Assembly: GCA_963630875.1 (NCBI GenBank)
Contig: CAVGOI010000006.1
Location: 2,531 to 66,530, forward strand
Reading direction: 5' to 3'
Source: Mycobacteriaceae bacterium
GTDB taxonomy: Bacteria; Bacteroidota; Bacteroidia; Bacteroidales; Paludibacteraceae
DNA length: 64,000 nucleotides
A model generated the notes under the pieces. It saw only the letters and a program-made list of their open reading frames with translations. It had not been told where the DNA came from and ran no database searches. Shown here piece by piece: positions 46,977 through 55,525 of this stretch (within the stretch, counting starts at the first letter, position 1; each line of letters begins with the position of its first letter). The position numbers were made by a program, and so were the translations under genes.

Positions 46977-48424
46977 TTGATGCTCAACGCAATATACGGC
47001 TCGTTGTTGTATTTCGTGTCGGAGTGGGGGTTTTGGTTCAGAATACCGTAGCCAAACTCACCTTTGACCACTATCTGCGGGATAGGGAAATAGTTGAAGC
47101 CGCACGACACTTTCTGCCGCCCCGTCCAATAACTGCGGGTCGATGCGACTTTGGCCTGTGCATCATAGATGTCGTAGCGCGCAAAGAGGTAGAACTGCTG
47201 TTGCTTATCACGCAGGGTCTTGCTCAACGAGAAGAAGTCGTATCCTATCTCCGCCCCCACGCTATAGGCATCGCTCGCTACGGCTTGGCGCTTGGAGACG
47301 GAGGTCTTGGGCATAGACATATTGTAGGCGGTAATTTTGTCGGCGTCCGAGAGGTGTCCGTAGAGCGCAGAGCCGCGGAAAATCACGCCGTGCCCCTTGT
47401 AGCGCCAATCGAATGCCCCGAGGCTGACAAGCCCGTACACACCTTTGTATTTGCTCGAGTTGGTCGGTTGCAGATTGTTGTGGAACGAAGTACCGGTATA
47501 GCCGCTCAAGGAGAGACGCAGTGCATCCGAACCTTTCTTATTAAGCGGGTAGAAATCGAGGCGTACCAAACCCGCATAGCAGTTGGCGAGTTTGAACTCG
47601 TAGGAAGATGCCGAGCCGTATTGTATCCAATTCTTCTTGCCGAAAAGGGCACTCTCAAGTCCGGGAAGGAACTGCGCCGTGTATCCGAGCCACTTGTAGC
47701 GACCATGGAACTGCAATCCCACATCGTGCCAAGTGCAAGGGATAATGGTGTTATCACCCTCGGGACGATAGACACCGAAGAATTGGTCAGGTTCGTGGTG
47801 GGCATTGGTGCCTCCGAGAGGAACGATAATCATACCCGCACGAATGTTGGCGTAGGGGTTGAACGACTTTTGGAGCCAGAACTGCTCGAGTGCGACCTCG
47901 CCGCCACGCTCAACCTCGGTTTCATACTCGCCGCCCTCTTCGTCCTCTATCTCTACGGCTGCTTCCGTACCGCCGTGTTCGAACTCAATCTCCGAGCCCA
48001 TCGACCAGCCTTTGCCGAAATCGTAGCCCATATAGACTACCACATGCGGGAGATCGAACTCGCCGTATTGGTCGTCCTTGTAGGTGTCGGGGGAGGTGTA
48101 GCGCAGGTAGTTGTTGGAGTAAAAGCAGCGTTTCATAGCCGCCTCGCCGTAGCCGCCTATTGTGAAGCGGTGTTTGCGCTCGGTCTTTACAGGGGTTACA
48201 TTGGCATCCGGTGCTACTTGTTGTGCTCCCGTACTCGCCATTTGTTGGGATGGCTCTGCTTCTTTCTGCGCTGCGCATCGTGCATTGGCGGTTGTGCCTT
48301 GCTCGAGACGCTCCACGCGTTCGATAAGTGCTTTGAGGTCTGCTTGTGAGACGAGAATGGAGTCCTCGGCATGCAGGACAAGTGTCCCCGCCAGCAGACA
48401 AAGCGTGTAAATATATCTTTTCAT
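46952..48424 (-). CDS. Putative outer-membrane porin/beta-barrel protein
   Basis: 490 aa with a signal peptide, an N-terminal coiled segment (DLKALIERVERLEQ), then a Gly/aromatic-rich alternating pattern. It is the first gene of the imelysin cluster. Confidence 0.5.
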   Translation of the reverse strand: MKRYIYTLCLLAGTLVLHAEDSILVSQADLKALIERVERLEQGTTANARCAAQKEAEPSQQMASTGAQQVAPDANVTPVKTERKHRFTIGGYGEAAMKRCFYSNNYLRYTSPDTYKDDQYGEFDLPHVVVYMGYDFGKGWSMGSEIEFEHGGTEAAVEIEDEEGGEYETEVERGGEVALEQFWLQKSFNPYANIRAGMIIVPLGGTNAHHEPDQFFGVYRPEGDNTIIPCTWHDVGLQFHGRYKWLGYTAQFLPGLESALFGKKNWIQYGSASSYEFKLANCYAGLVRLDFYPLNKKGSDALRLSLSGYTGTSFHNNLQPTNSSKYKGVYGLVSLGAFDWRYKGHGVIFRGSALYGHLSDADKITAYNMSMPKTSVSKRQAVASDAYSVGAEIGYDFFSLSKTLRDKQQQFYLFARYDIYDAQAKVASTRSYWTGRQKVSCGFNYFPIPQIVVKGEFGYGILNQNPHSDTKYNNEPYIALSINYSGFFEL

Positions 48425-48665
48425 ACTAATACCTTATTTACCATTGCTGTTTGAGAAATTGGGGATATGAACTGTTTGGCTATGCCGGTTGTCTGTCGCG
48501 ACACACTATCCGCATGGCTAATTGTCTCCGGCGAGACTCCTGTGCCTTGCGCGGGCGGTTCTGTGCTGTTTGTAATGGGGAGTACCATGTGATGGTTTTC
48601 GTCGCCTCAGAACCGCCGCAGCAAGACTGTGTACAATTCAATAAACCTTCTTTCAAAAAACAGTG

Positions 48666-48696
48666 CAAAGGTACTGCCTTTTCGTTCCCTCCGCAA
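48666..48696 (-). promoter_or_regulatory. Promoter TTG-N20-TACCTTTG for the porin-imelysin-dihaem-ccsBA cluster
   Basis: The minus strand reads gaTTGcggagggaacgaaaaggcagTACCTTTG. It lies about 240 nt upstream of the ATG at 48424. Confidence 0.5.
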
Positions 48697-48744
48697 TCCC
48701 GCATAGTGGGTAAACTCCTATCCCTATTTTTGGCGATAGTCTTG

Positions 48745-48830
48745 GTCACCCCCAAACGGGACATGACCACATGCAGGATTCCTACTACTAACTCCCGATC
48801 ATATCCGACACATAACCGACACATATTCGA
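48745..48830. repeat. Promoter-proximal intergenic repeat, diverged copy C
   Basis: gtcacccccaaacgggacatgaccacatgcagga... then atatccgacacataaccgacacat. It parallels the layout of 42350-42420 (tcaacccccaaacgggacataacaatatagga...atatccataccacatcc). Confidence 0.5.
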
Positions 48831-48995
48831 ATCAACTTCGCAGGAATATCGATACGATTTCGCAAGCATTTCCTGCCTGTTGCATCGCACGCTACTCGGA
48901 CCTACCTTTTTCCATCCCACATTTGCCCATCCCAAAAGAAAAGTATAATTTCGCAGCGTAAAATCGTTTAGCCAACCCGCAAACAGCCTCTATAT

Positions 48996-50573
48996 ATGTT
49001 GTATCGAACGCTTTCCTCCCTTCGCGCCACCAACGCCATGACCGACAAACAGTTGCGACACACCGCTACGCACCACCGCAACAGCCTGTACCTGCTGCTT
49101 GTGCTTTTGTGCTTGTCCGCCTGCGCATCCTCTGCCTCGCCAACAACGGAGGAACCGACTTACACGGTCGCAATCAGTCAGGTGGGCGATGAAGCGTGGT
49201 TCCAAAAGATGGACGCGGAAATGCGTCAGGAAGCCCTCTTTCATCCGGAACTACGCCTTGTCTTCCGCAATGCACATTACAACTACGACCTACAGTGCCG
49301 GCAAATAGATTCGTTCATTGCGGAAAGGGTTGACCTGCTGATTGTAGGTCCCAATGACATCCCCAAACTCTGTGAAGCGTCCAATCGAGCCTACGATGCC
49401 GGTATTCCAGTGGTTCTGACAGCCAACTACAACATCGGGGAGAAATACAACGCATTTGTCTGTATGTCTAACTACGACATAGGGTCTACCATCGCCGACT
49501 ATCTGGGCAAGGTGGCAGGCATGGAGAACTGCACACCACAACACCCACTACAAGTTATCGAAGTCATCGGACCGCGATACATTCTTCCTACGGAACTGCG
49601 CAGTCAAGGGCTGCACGAGCGACTGTGCCATTATCCGGCAGTGAAAGTCGTAGCCACCTGCGCCGCCGGTTGGCACCGTCAGGAAGCCCACGAAAAGGTC
49701 GATTCGCTGTTGGCATTGTATCCAGGGGTAAGGGCAATAGCCGCGCAAAACGACGAGATGGCAATAGGAGCAGCCGAGGCGTGCAAAGGGACTCCGCACC
49801 CCGTGCATATCACGGGCGTAGATGCCATGACGGGCAAAGGCGCGGGCATCGAAGCCATTCTAAATCGGGAAATAGAAGCGTCCGTCATGAGTACAAGTCG
49901 CGGAGATTTGGTCATCCGTACGGCAGCGGACATTCTCAACAACCGTCCCTACGAAGCACAGCAATACCTGCCTGTGGTTTTGGTAGAGGAATCGTCGCCC
50001 CAACTGATGTTGCGCCTGTCGGAAGACATCAACAGCAGTCAGGACGCCATCAAGACCTTGCAGAAACACATGGACAACTCGCAACTGACGAAGAGTTCAC
50101 GACTTGGTATTATTTTACTATCGGTTTTTCTATTGGCAGCCGTCCTCACAGCGGCTTGGTTTGTATTCCGCAATGTGCAGCACAATCGGAGGCGGGTACA
50201 AGAACGCTTGGATATGCTCACGGAGGAACTGGCAAAGAACACGGCGGCATCTTCACTCAACGAGCAGTTTGTGCAGAAACTGCAATCGTACATTGAACTC
50301 CATTTGGCGGACACTCACCTAACGGTCGAACAGTTACAGAAACACCTGGGTGTCAGCCGCACACAATTGTTCCGCAAGACAAAAGAAACCTTGGGAACAA
50401 CGCCCATCGACCTGATACGGCATATCCGTCTTCACCGCGCGCAGCAAATGCTCAAGACCACCGATCTAACCATTCAGGAAATAGCCTACTCGGTGGGATT
50501 TACCTCTCCCTCATATTTTACCAAGTGTTACCGTGCGGAATTCGGAGAAAGTCCGAACAAGCAACGCACCTGA
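48996..50573 (+). CDS. Membrane-spanning regulator: periplasmic sugar-binding (PBP type 1) domain - TM - AraC-family HTH
   Basis: 525 aa. N-terminal signal/anchor with LLCLSAC, a periplasmic-binding-protein-like domain of about 300 aa (YTVAISQVGDEAWFQKM..., AQNDEMAIGAAEA), a TM helix LGIILLSVFLLAAVLTAAWFVF, and a C-terminal AraC HTH (IQEIAYSVGFTSPSYFTKCYRAEFGESP). Confidence 0.8.
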   Translation: MLYRTLSSLRATNAMTDKQLRHTATHHRNSLYLLLVLLCLSACASSASPTTEEPTYTVAISQVGDEAWFQKMDAEMRQEALFHPELRLVFRNAHYNYDLQCRQIDSFIAERVDLLIVGPNDIPKLCEASNRAYDAGIPVVLTANYNIGEKYNAFVCMSNYDIGSTIADYLGKVAGMENCTPQHPLQVIEVIGPRYILPTELRSQGLHERLCHYPAVKVVATCAAGWHRQEAHEKVDSLLALYPGVRAIAAQNDEMAIGAAEACKGTPHPVHITGVDAMTGKGAGIEAILNREIEASVMSTSRGDLVIRTAADILNNRPYEAQQYLPVVLVEESSPQLMLRLSEDINSSQDAIKTLQKHMDNSQLTKSSRLGIILLSVFLLAAVLTAAWFVFRNVQHNRRRVQERLDMLTEELAKNTAASSLNEQFVQKLQSYIELHLADTHLTVEQLQKHLGVSRTQLFRKTKETLGTTPIDLIRHIRLHRAQQMLKTTDLTIQEIAYSVGFTSPSYFTKCYRAEFGESPNKQRT

Positions 50574-50752
50574 TACAGCCGCACACCCTACCTGCTTTAA
50601 CGCCCACCACCTGCCATAGCGGCATACAGCACCTACCATAGCCGCATTACGATACATCGTGTAGCGGCATACGACACCGCTACGCACCACCTCCCCACCT
50701 TCCAAAAACCGCAGTTTGTATTATTATACTACTGTTTGGTACGATTGTTATA

Positions 50753-50781
50753 GGGGGGGGGTATTTTTTATAGTACTTTTG
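50753..50781 (+). promoter_or_regulatory. -7 box TACTTTTG (50774-50781) preceded by a G9 tract (50753-50761)
   Basis: tag-ggggggggg-tattttttatagTACTTTTGcagcg. The -7 box is 24 nt upstream of the susC-like ATG at 50805. Confidence 0.5.
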
Positions 50782-50804
50782 CAGCGTCTTTTAACATCAG
50801 TACT

Positions 50805-53800
50805 ATGAAGAAAAAAGTCTTACTTACATGTTTCATTGCAACGGTTGCCATAGTAGTGTCGGCTCAAGGTTTTACCATCACAGGTAAGGTCGTGGACGCT
50901 GCAACGAATGAACCGTTAATAGGAGTGAGTGTTTCCAACGCAAAATCGTATGCGGGGACCATCACGGATTACACCGGTGCATTCTCTTTGCAAGCCGACA
51001 AAGGGGATGTACTGCAATTCTTCTATGTCGGCTACCGCAGCGACAGCCTTCGCGTCAGCAGCAGCCAAAGTATCGTGATACGCTTGGCGGAAGAGGTACA
51101 GCAAATCGATGAGGTCGTCGTAGTCGGTGCGGCTATGAAGAAGTCCGACCTTACCGGTGCGATAGGCAGCGTCAGTGCCGAAGAACTGACTGACATACCT
51201 ACGGTGAACCTCAACCAAGCATTGCAAGGAAAAGTAGCGGGCGTATTTGTAGTAAGCAGTCCGCAACCCGGCACCAACGCATCCATCAAAATTCGTGGTA
51301 ACAACTCTATCTCATACGGCACGAACCCGCTCTATGTGATAGACAATATTATGATTGACGGCTCTGACATCTCTACCATCAATCCGAACGACATTGCCAG
51401 TATCGAAGTGCTGAAAGATGCCAGTGCTACCGCATTGTACGGTGCGCGTGCAGCAAACGGTGTCATCGTCATCACAACCAAAAAGGGACAGAAAGGCAAA
51501 GGAAAAGTAACCTACGACGGCTGGGTAGGTTGGAAGAACTTTGCCAATACGGTACCGACGATGAGCGGAAGAGAGGTATGGGATTTCCGTGTAAACGCCT
51601 TTATCAACGGCGAAATGGACACTTTCCGAGAGAAAAACCCGGGCAAAGACGAGGAGTACTTCCAGAATTACCGCGACTACTATATCAACCGGTATCTTGT
51701 TTGCGGCAGTTCACAAAGCGAAAAGTATTCCGATCCGAGGTTCATAGACACCAACAAGGCTTTTATGGACTGGGAGATTGCTGCCTACGAGGCCAATCAG
51801 ACCTACAACTGGGTGGACGCTATCGCACAACAGGGCTTCTCACAGAACCACAATCTCACCTTTTCGGGGGCTACAGATGCAGCCAACTACTATCTTTCGT
51901 TTGGCCTCTCGGATGAGAAAGGACAAATCAAGAAAACCGACTATCGCCGTTACAACGGTAAGGTGAACTTGGACTTCAAGGTAAACAAGTGGCTGAAAGT
52001 CGGCACCAACAATTCGTTGGCATTCTCCCAGTCGAACCCGTTGGTACAGGACAACATGTACTTGCTGGCATTTCGGGCAAACCCGCTGTTCCCGATTACA
52101 AGCGACGAGTATTACATGTGGGATGGCAAGTTGGAGAGTCAAGCCTTCCACAACCCGTTGCGCTCGTTGGAAACAGTAACCAAAGATGTGGACAAGTTCC
52201 GCTTTCTCACTTCCGATTACATCAACATCAACCCCGTAAAAGGATTGGATATCCGTTCCACCTTCTCGTTTGATTTTGCGCAGCAGGAAAACAACACCTA
52301 CTATGGTGTAGAGAGTACGGAGTGCCACGGCAGCAACACAGCAGGGCAAGCCACACAATACCGCACGCGTTCCATGAACTGGCAGTGGGACAACACCGTT
52401 TCTTACAACACAACGATACGAGAAAAGCACCGCATCGGGGCGATGGCAGGTATGAACATGTCCTACCACAGCGATAACTACAACACCATAACAGCCTTGG
52501 ATTTCGGCAACGACTTGTTCACCTACAAGAGCATACAAAGTGCTACCGACAAAGAGCATTCTTCCTTCTATTCAGGCTACACCTCCTATTCACTGATGTC
52601 TGCCTATTTGCGGCTCAATTATGTATATGACTCACGCTACTATGTTACCCTTACCGGTCGTGCGGATGGCAGTAGCAAATTCAGCCAAAACAACAAGTGG
52701 GGGTATTTCCCGTCTGTGGCTTTAAGTTGGAACATAACAGGCGAGCAATTCATGAAAGACCAGCATGCGGTTGATAACCTCCGCCTGCGCTTGGGCTACG
52801 GATTAGTCGGCAACCAGAATATCCCGAACTATAGTTACTACACCTTATTCTCACCGACTACCACATTGGACAGTTACATCTTGCGAAACAGCGGCGTTTA
52901 CGGGAATCCCAATTTGAAATGGGAAACGCAGAAGCAAGCAAACATCGGTCTTGATATGGGCTTTTGGCACAATCGCATAGATATGACCTTGGACTACTTC
53001 TATACACGGAATGAGGACTTGCTCATGCAACGCAGTTTGGCGTCTTCCTATGGCTATTCATACATGATAGACAATGTAGGTTGTCTGGAAAACCAGGGGG
53101 TGGAGTTCACTTTCAATTTGGAAGCCATCCAAACCAAGGATTGGAATTGGAACATCGGTTTCAACCTCTCGCACGATAAGAACAAAATTATCTCGCTCTA
53201 CGACAATGTGGATGCCATCTATAGTTCCTCAGGTACTTCTATTAACCGTTACGGTAATTTATTCGTCGGTCAGCCGCTGAACAACATCTATGTATATGAG
53301 TTTGACCATATCATGCAGGATACGCCCGAAGACTGGGAGTATGTGAACAGCATGGACTTCGGTGGTACAACGGTTATGCCGGGGGATATCATTCCGAAAG
53401 ACCGCAACGGCGACGGAAAAATCAGTGATGCAGACAAATATGTCTATGGCAAAACCGACCCGATTATCTACGGCGCATTACAAACCGACTTGAGTTGGAA
53501 AGGTATTACCCTGCAGGTGATATGCAACTATTCCTATGGCGCACACAAGGTAAGTTCCCTGTATGAAAGTCTGATGTCCTCCACCGGTACATCCGCTACG
53601 CACACAGACAATCTGAACAGTTGGTCGCCCACCAACACCAATACCAACATACCCCGCGCTTACTATACGACCTCCGGAAAGAGCCGTTATTCATTGAGTT
53701 CCGTGGATTTGGGCATTCAAGATGCTTCGTTTTTCAAGTTGTCGGCGGTAACGCTGTCGTATGATTTCCCGCGCACTTGGATGAACAAGATACACTTCGA

Positions 53801-53930
53801 CCATATCCGCGTTTACTTCACGGGCAACAACTTGGCTTGCGCCACCAAATACAAGGGCTACGACCCGGAAAGCGGCGATGACTATCCGTCATCCCGCACC
53901 TATGTCGTAGGCTTAAACATCGGATTCTAA
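50805..53930 (+). CDS. SusC/RagA-family TonB-dependent outer membrane transporter
   Basis: 1041 aa. Signal peptide, CarboxypepD_reg domain (FTITGKVVDAATNEPLIGVSVS), plug domain (IEVLKDASATALYGARAANGVIVITTKKG), and C-terminus ...VVGLNIGF. Confidence 0.95.
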   Translation: MKKKVLLTCFIATVAIVVSAQGFTITGKVVDAATNEPLIGVSVSNAKSYAGTITDYTGAFSLQADKGDVLQFFYVGYRSDSLRVSSSQSIVIRLAEEVQQIDEVVVVGAAMKKSDLTGAIGSVSAEELTDIPTVNLNQALQGKVAGVFVVSSPQPGTNASIKIRGNNSISYGTNPLYVIDNIMIDGSDISTINPNDIASIEVLKDASATALYGARAANGVIVITTKKGQKGKGKVTYDGWVGWKNFANTVPTMSGREVWDFRVNAFINGEMDTFREKNPGKDEEYFQNYRDYYINRYLVCGSSQSEKYSDPRFIDTNKAFMDWEIAAYEANQTYNWVDAIAQQGFSQNHNLTFSGATDAANYYLSFGLSDEKGQIKKTDYRRYNGKVNLDFKVNKWLKVGTNNSLAFSQSNPLVQDNMYLLAFRANPLFPITSDEYYMWDGKLESQAFHNPLRSLETVTKDVDKFRFLTSDYININPVKGLDIRSTFSFDFAQQENNTYYGVESTECHGSNTAGQATQYRTRSMNWQWDNTVSYNTTIREKHRIGAMAGMNMSYHSDNYNTITALDFGNDLFTYKSIQSATDKEHSSFYSGYTSYSLMSAYLRLNYVYDSRYYVTLTGRADGSSKFSQNNKWGYFPSVALSWNITGEQFMKDQHAVDNLRLRLGYGLVGNQNIPNYSYYTLFSPTTTLDSYILRNSGVYGNPNLKWETQKQANIGLDMGFWHNRIDMTLDYFYTRNEDLLMQRSLASSYGYSYMIDNVGCLENQGVEFTFNLEAIQTKDWNWNIGFNLSHDKNKIISLYDNVDAIYSSSGTSINRYGNLFVGQPLNNIYVYEFDHIMQDTPEDWEYVNSMDFGGTTVMPGDIIPKDRNGDGKISDADKYVYGKTDPIIYGALQTDLSWKGITLQVICNYSYGAHKVSSLYESLMSSTGTSATHTDNLNSWSPTNTNTNIPRAYYTTSGKSRYSLSSVDLGIQDASFFKLSAVTLSYDFPRTWMNKIHFDHIRVYFTGNNLACATKYKGYDPESGDDYPSSRTYVVGLNIGF

Positions 53931-53957
53931 AGGGAACTTCTATAAATTCTTACGATT

Positions 53958-55481
53958 ATGAAAAGAGTACAAATCATATTCCTATCCATTTTGGCGGTAA
54001 TGGTATCTTCTTGTGATGACTTCCTCACACAAGATCCTCAAAACAGCCTGTCCATTGAGCAGATTTTTGCGGACTTGAACAACATACAACCCTACCTGAA
54101 CAACATCTACTACGATTTCCGTGCCGTACACTCCGACCGTGCAGGCTTCTACACCCGTATGGGAACGGATGAGATACGCATTGGCGATTGTCAATGCCAG
54201 ATTGCCAACGAGGGTGCATTGAACTACTACAATGGACTTTACAACACAGAGAACACCTGCATTGCCTCAATGTGGAAGTCGCGTTGGCCGGTAGTGGTGC
54301 AGTCGGCACAAGCCATCGATGCCTTGGCGGGAAGAACGGGTACTGACGACAAGGAGCAACAGACGATAAACTTCTATATCGCGCAGGCAAAGTTCTACCG
54401 CGGAGCCGTGCTGTTCGAATTGGCACAATACTGGGGCGCATTGCCCTTAACCCAAGTGGAGAACGGCTCGATTATCCTTTCCGCCCGCAAGACGATACAA
54501 GAGACTTACCAACAGATTGTAACCGACTTGGAAGCTGCAGCCGCAGAGCTGCCCGTAAAGCGGCAGGAGGATGGGCGTATTCCTACGGCGTGGGCGGCAA
54601 AAGCCATGTTGGCGCGTGTGTATATGTCCGCACCCCAAGAGTCCGGATACCAATCATGGCAAAAGGCCTCGGATGTCCTGCAAGAGATTATAGATAGCAA
54701 GGTATATCAATTGATGCCCAACTATTCGGATTTGTGGGATCCTGCCGTTAGTTGCACGGATGAGGCTATATTTACGCTGTATTTCAACAATGTATGGCCG
54801 GACTTGGCTGTTATGCAGTGGTACACAGGTTCACGCGCTGTATCCGGCAAGACGACTTGCCCCTTTGGCGGCTATGAATTGGTCTTGCCTACCGAATGGG
54901 CTTATAGCAAGACAACCCAAGGCGGTGTTTGGGAAGAAGGCGACTTGCGCTACGACGAGACGATTCGTACCGACTTTACCTACAAGGGGCAAAAGGCGGT
55001 GGCGGTTGCTGGCTTTGGCGATGACCAATTAGACCCTCACATCAAAAAGTACGAAGACAATCGTATAGAAGATGTTTACTCCATCTGGTACGCCGGCAAG
55101 AATATCTATTACTTACGCTATGCCGATGTGTTGCTGTTGCAAGCCGAATGCAAAGCCCAATTAGGGAAAGAAGATGAAGCCGTTGCACTCGTCAATCAAG
55201 TGCGCAAGCGTGGATTCGGAGAAAACTGGACAGATGCCCAAGCGTGGACTTCGTATAGTATCGAAACGCTTATGGATGAGCGCACACGCGAGTTCTGCTG
55301 CGAGGAATGGCGTAGAATAGACCTGAAACGCAGCGGGTTATTCATTGACCGAGTAAAAAAATACAACAAGTGGGCCAAGGAGAACAACACATTGGATGAG
55401 CATCATTTACTCTATCCGTTCCCACAAACAGAAACCAAAATCAACCCCAATCTCTCGGGCGTACAAAATCCGGGCTATTGA
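53958..55481 (+). CDS. SusD/RagB-family nutrient-binding lipoprotein
   Basis: 507 aa with lipobox MVSSCDDFL. TPR-like helices and motifs RAMLARVYM-like (KAMLARVYM), YLRYADVLLLQAEC and ERTREFCCEEWRRIDLKR. Confidence 0.9.
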   Translation: MKRVQIIFLSILAVMVSSCDDFLTQDPQNSLSIEQIFADLNNIQPYLNNIYYDFRAVHSDRAGFYTRMGTDEIRIGDCQCQIANEGALNYYNGLYNTENTCIASMWKSRWPVVVQSAQAIDALAGRTGTDDKEQQTINFYIAQAKFYRGAVLFELAQYWGALPLTQVENGSIILSARKTIQETYQQIVTDLEAAAAELPVKRQEDGRIPTAWAAKAMLARVYMSAPQESGYQSWQKASDVLQEIIDSKVYQLMPNYSDLWDPAVSCTDEAIFTLYFNNVWPDLAVMQWYTGSRAVSGKTTCPFGGYELVLPTEWAYSKTTQGGVWEEGDLRYDETIRTDFTYKGQKAVAVAGFGDDQLDPHIKKYEDNRIEDVYSIWYAGKNIYYLRYADVLLLQAECKAQLGKEDEAVALVNQVRKRGFGENWTDAQAWTSYSIETLMDERTREFCCEEWRRIDLKRSGLFIDRVKKYNKWAKENNTLDEHHLLYPFPQTETKINPNLSGVQNPGY

Positions 55482-55525
55482 TTGAGGATGTAAATAGCAA
55501 TAATAACTCTTAAATTTTTTGCAGT

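Noticed and set aside
48425-48665. A riboswitch (cobalamin, TPP or SAM) in the long leader of the imelysin cluster.
   Set aside because: I could not find the B12 box, the CUGAGA/ACCUGAUCUGGAUAAUGCCAGCG elements or the SAM-I core by eye. A covariance-model scan is needed before any claim can be made.
48451-48948. Overlapping 165-aa (+) and 151-aa (-) ORFs in the 570-nt gap between the porin-like gene and the AraC-type regulator.
   Set aside because: The two ORFs mirror each other and have Cys/Arg-rich, non-protein-like composition. They span a predicted promoter and a repeat copy. I treat the region as non-coding.
50574-50740. The word-like sequence ccatagcggcatacagcacctaccatagccgcattacg... 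with a 7-bp hairpin (gtagcgg...ccgctac), considered as a terminator or sRNA downstream of the regulator.
   Set aside because: The stem is short, there is no U-tract, and it resembles the generic low-complexity intergenic words seen throughout the window. The evidence is insufficient for a feature call.
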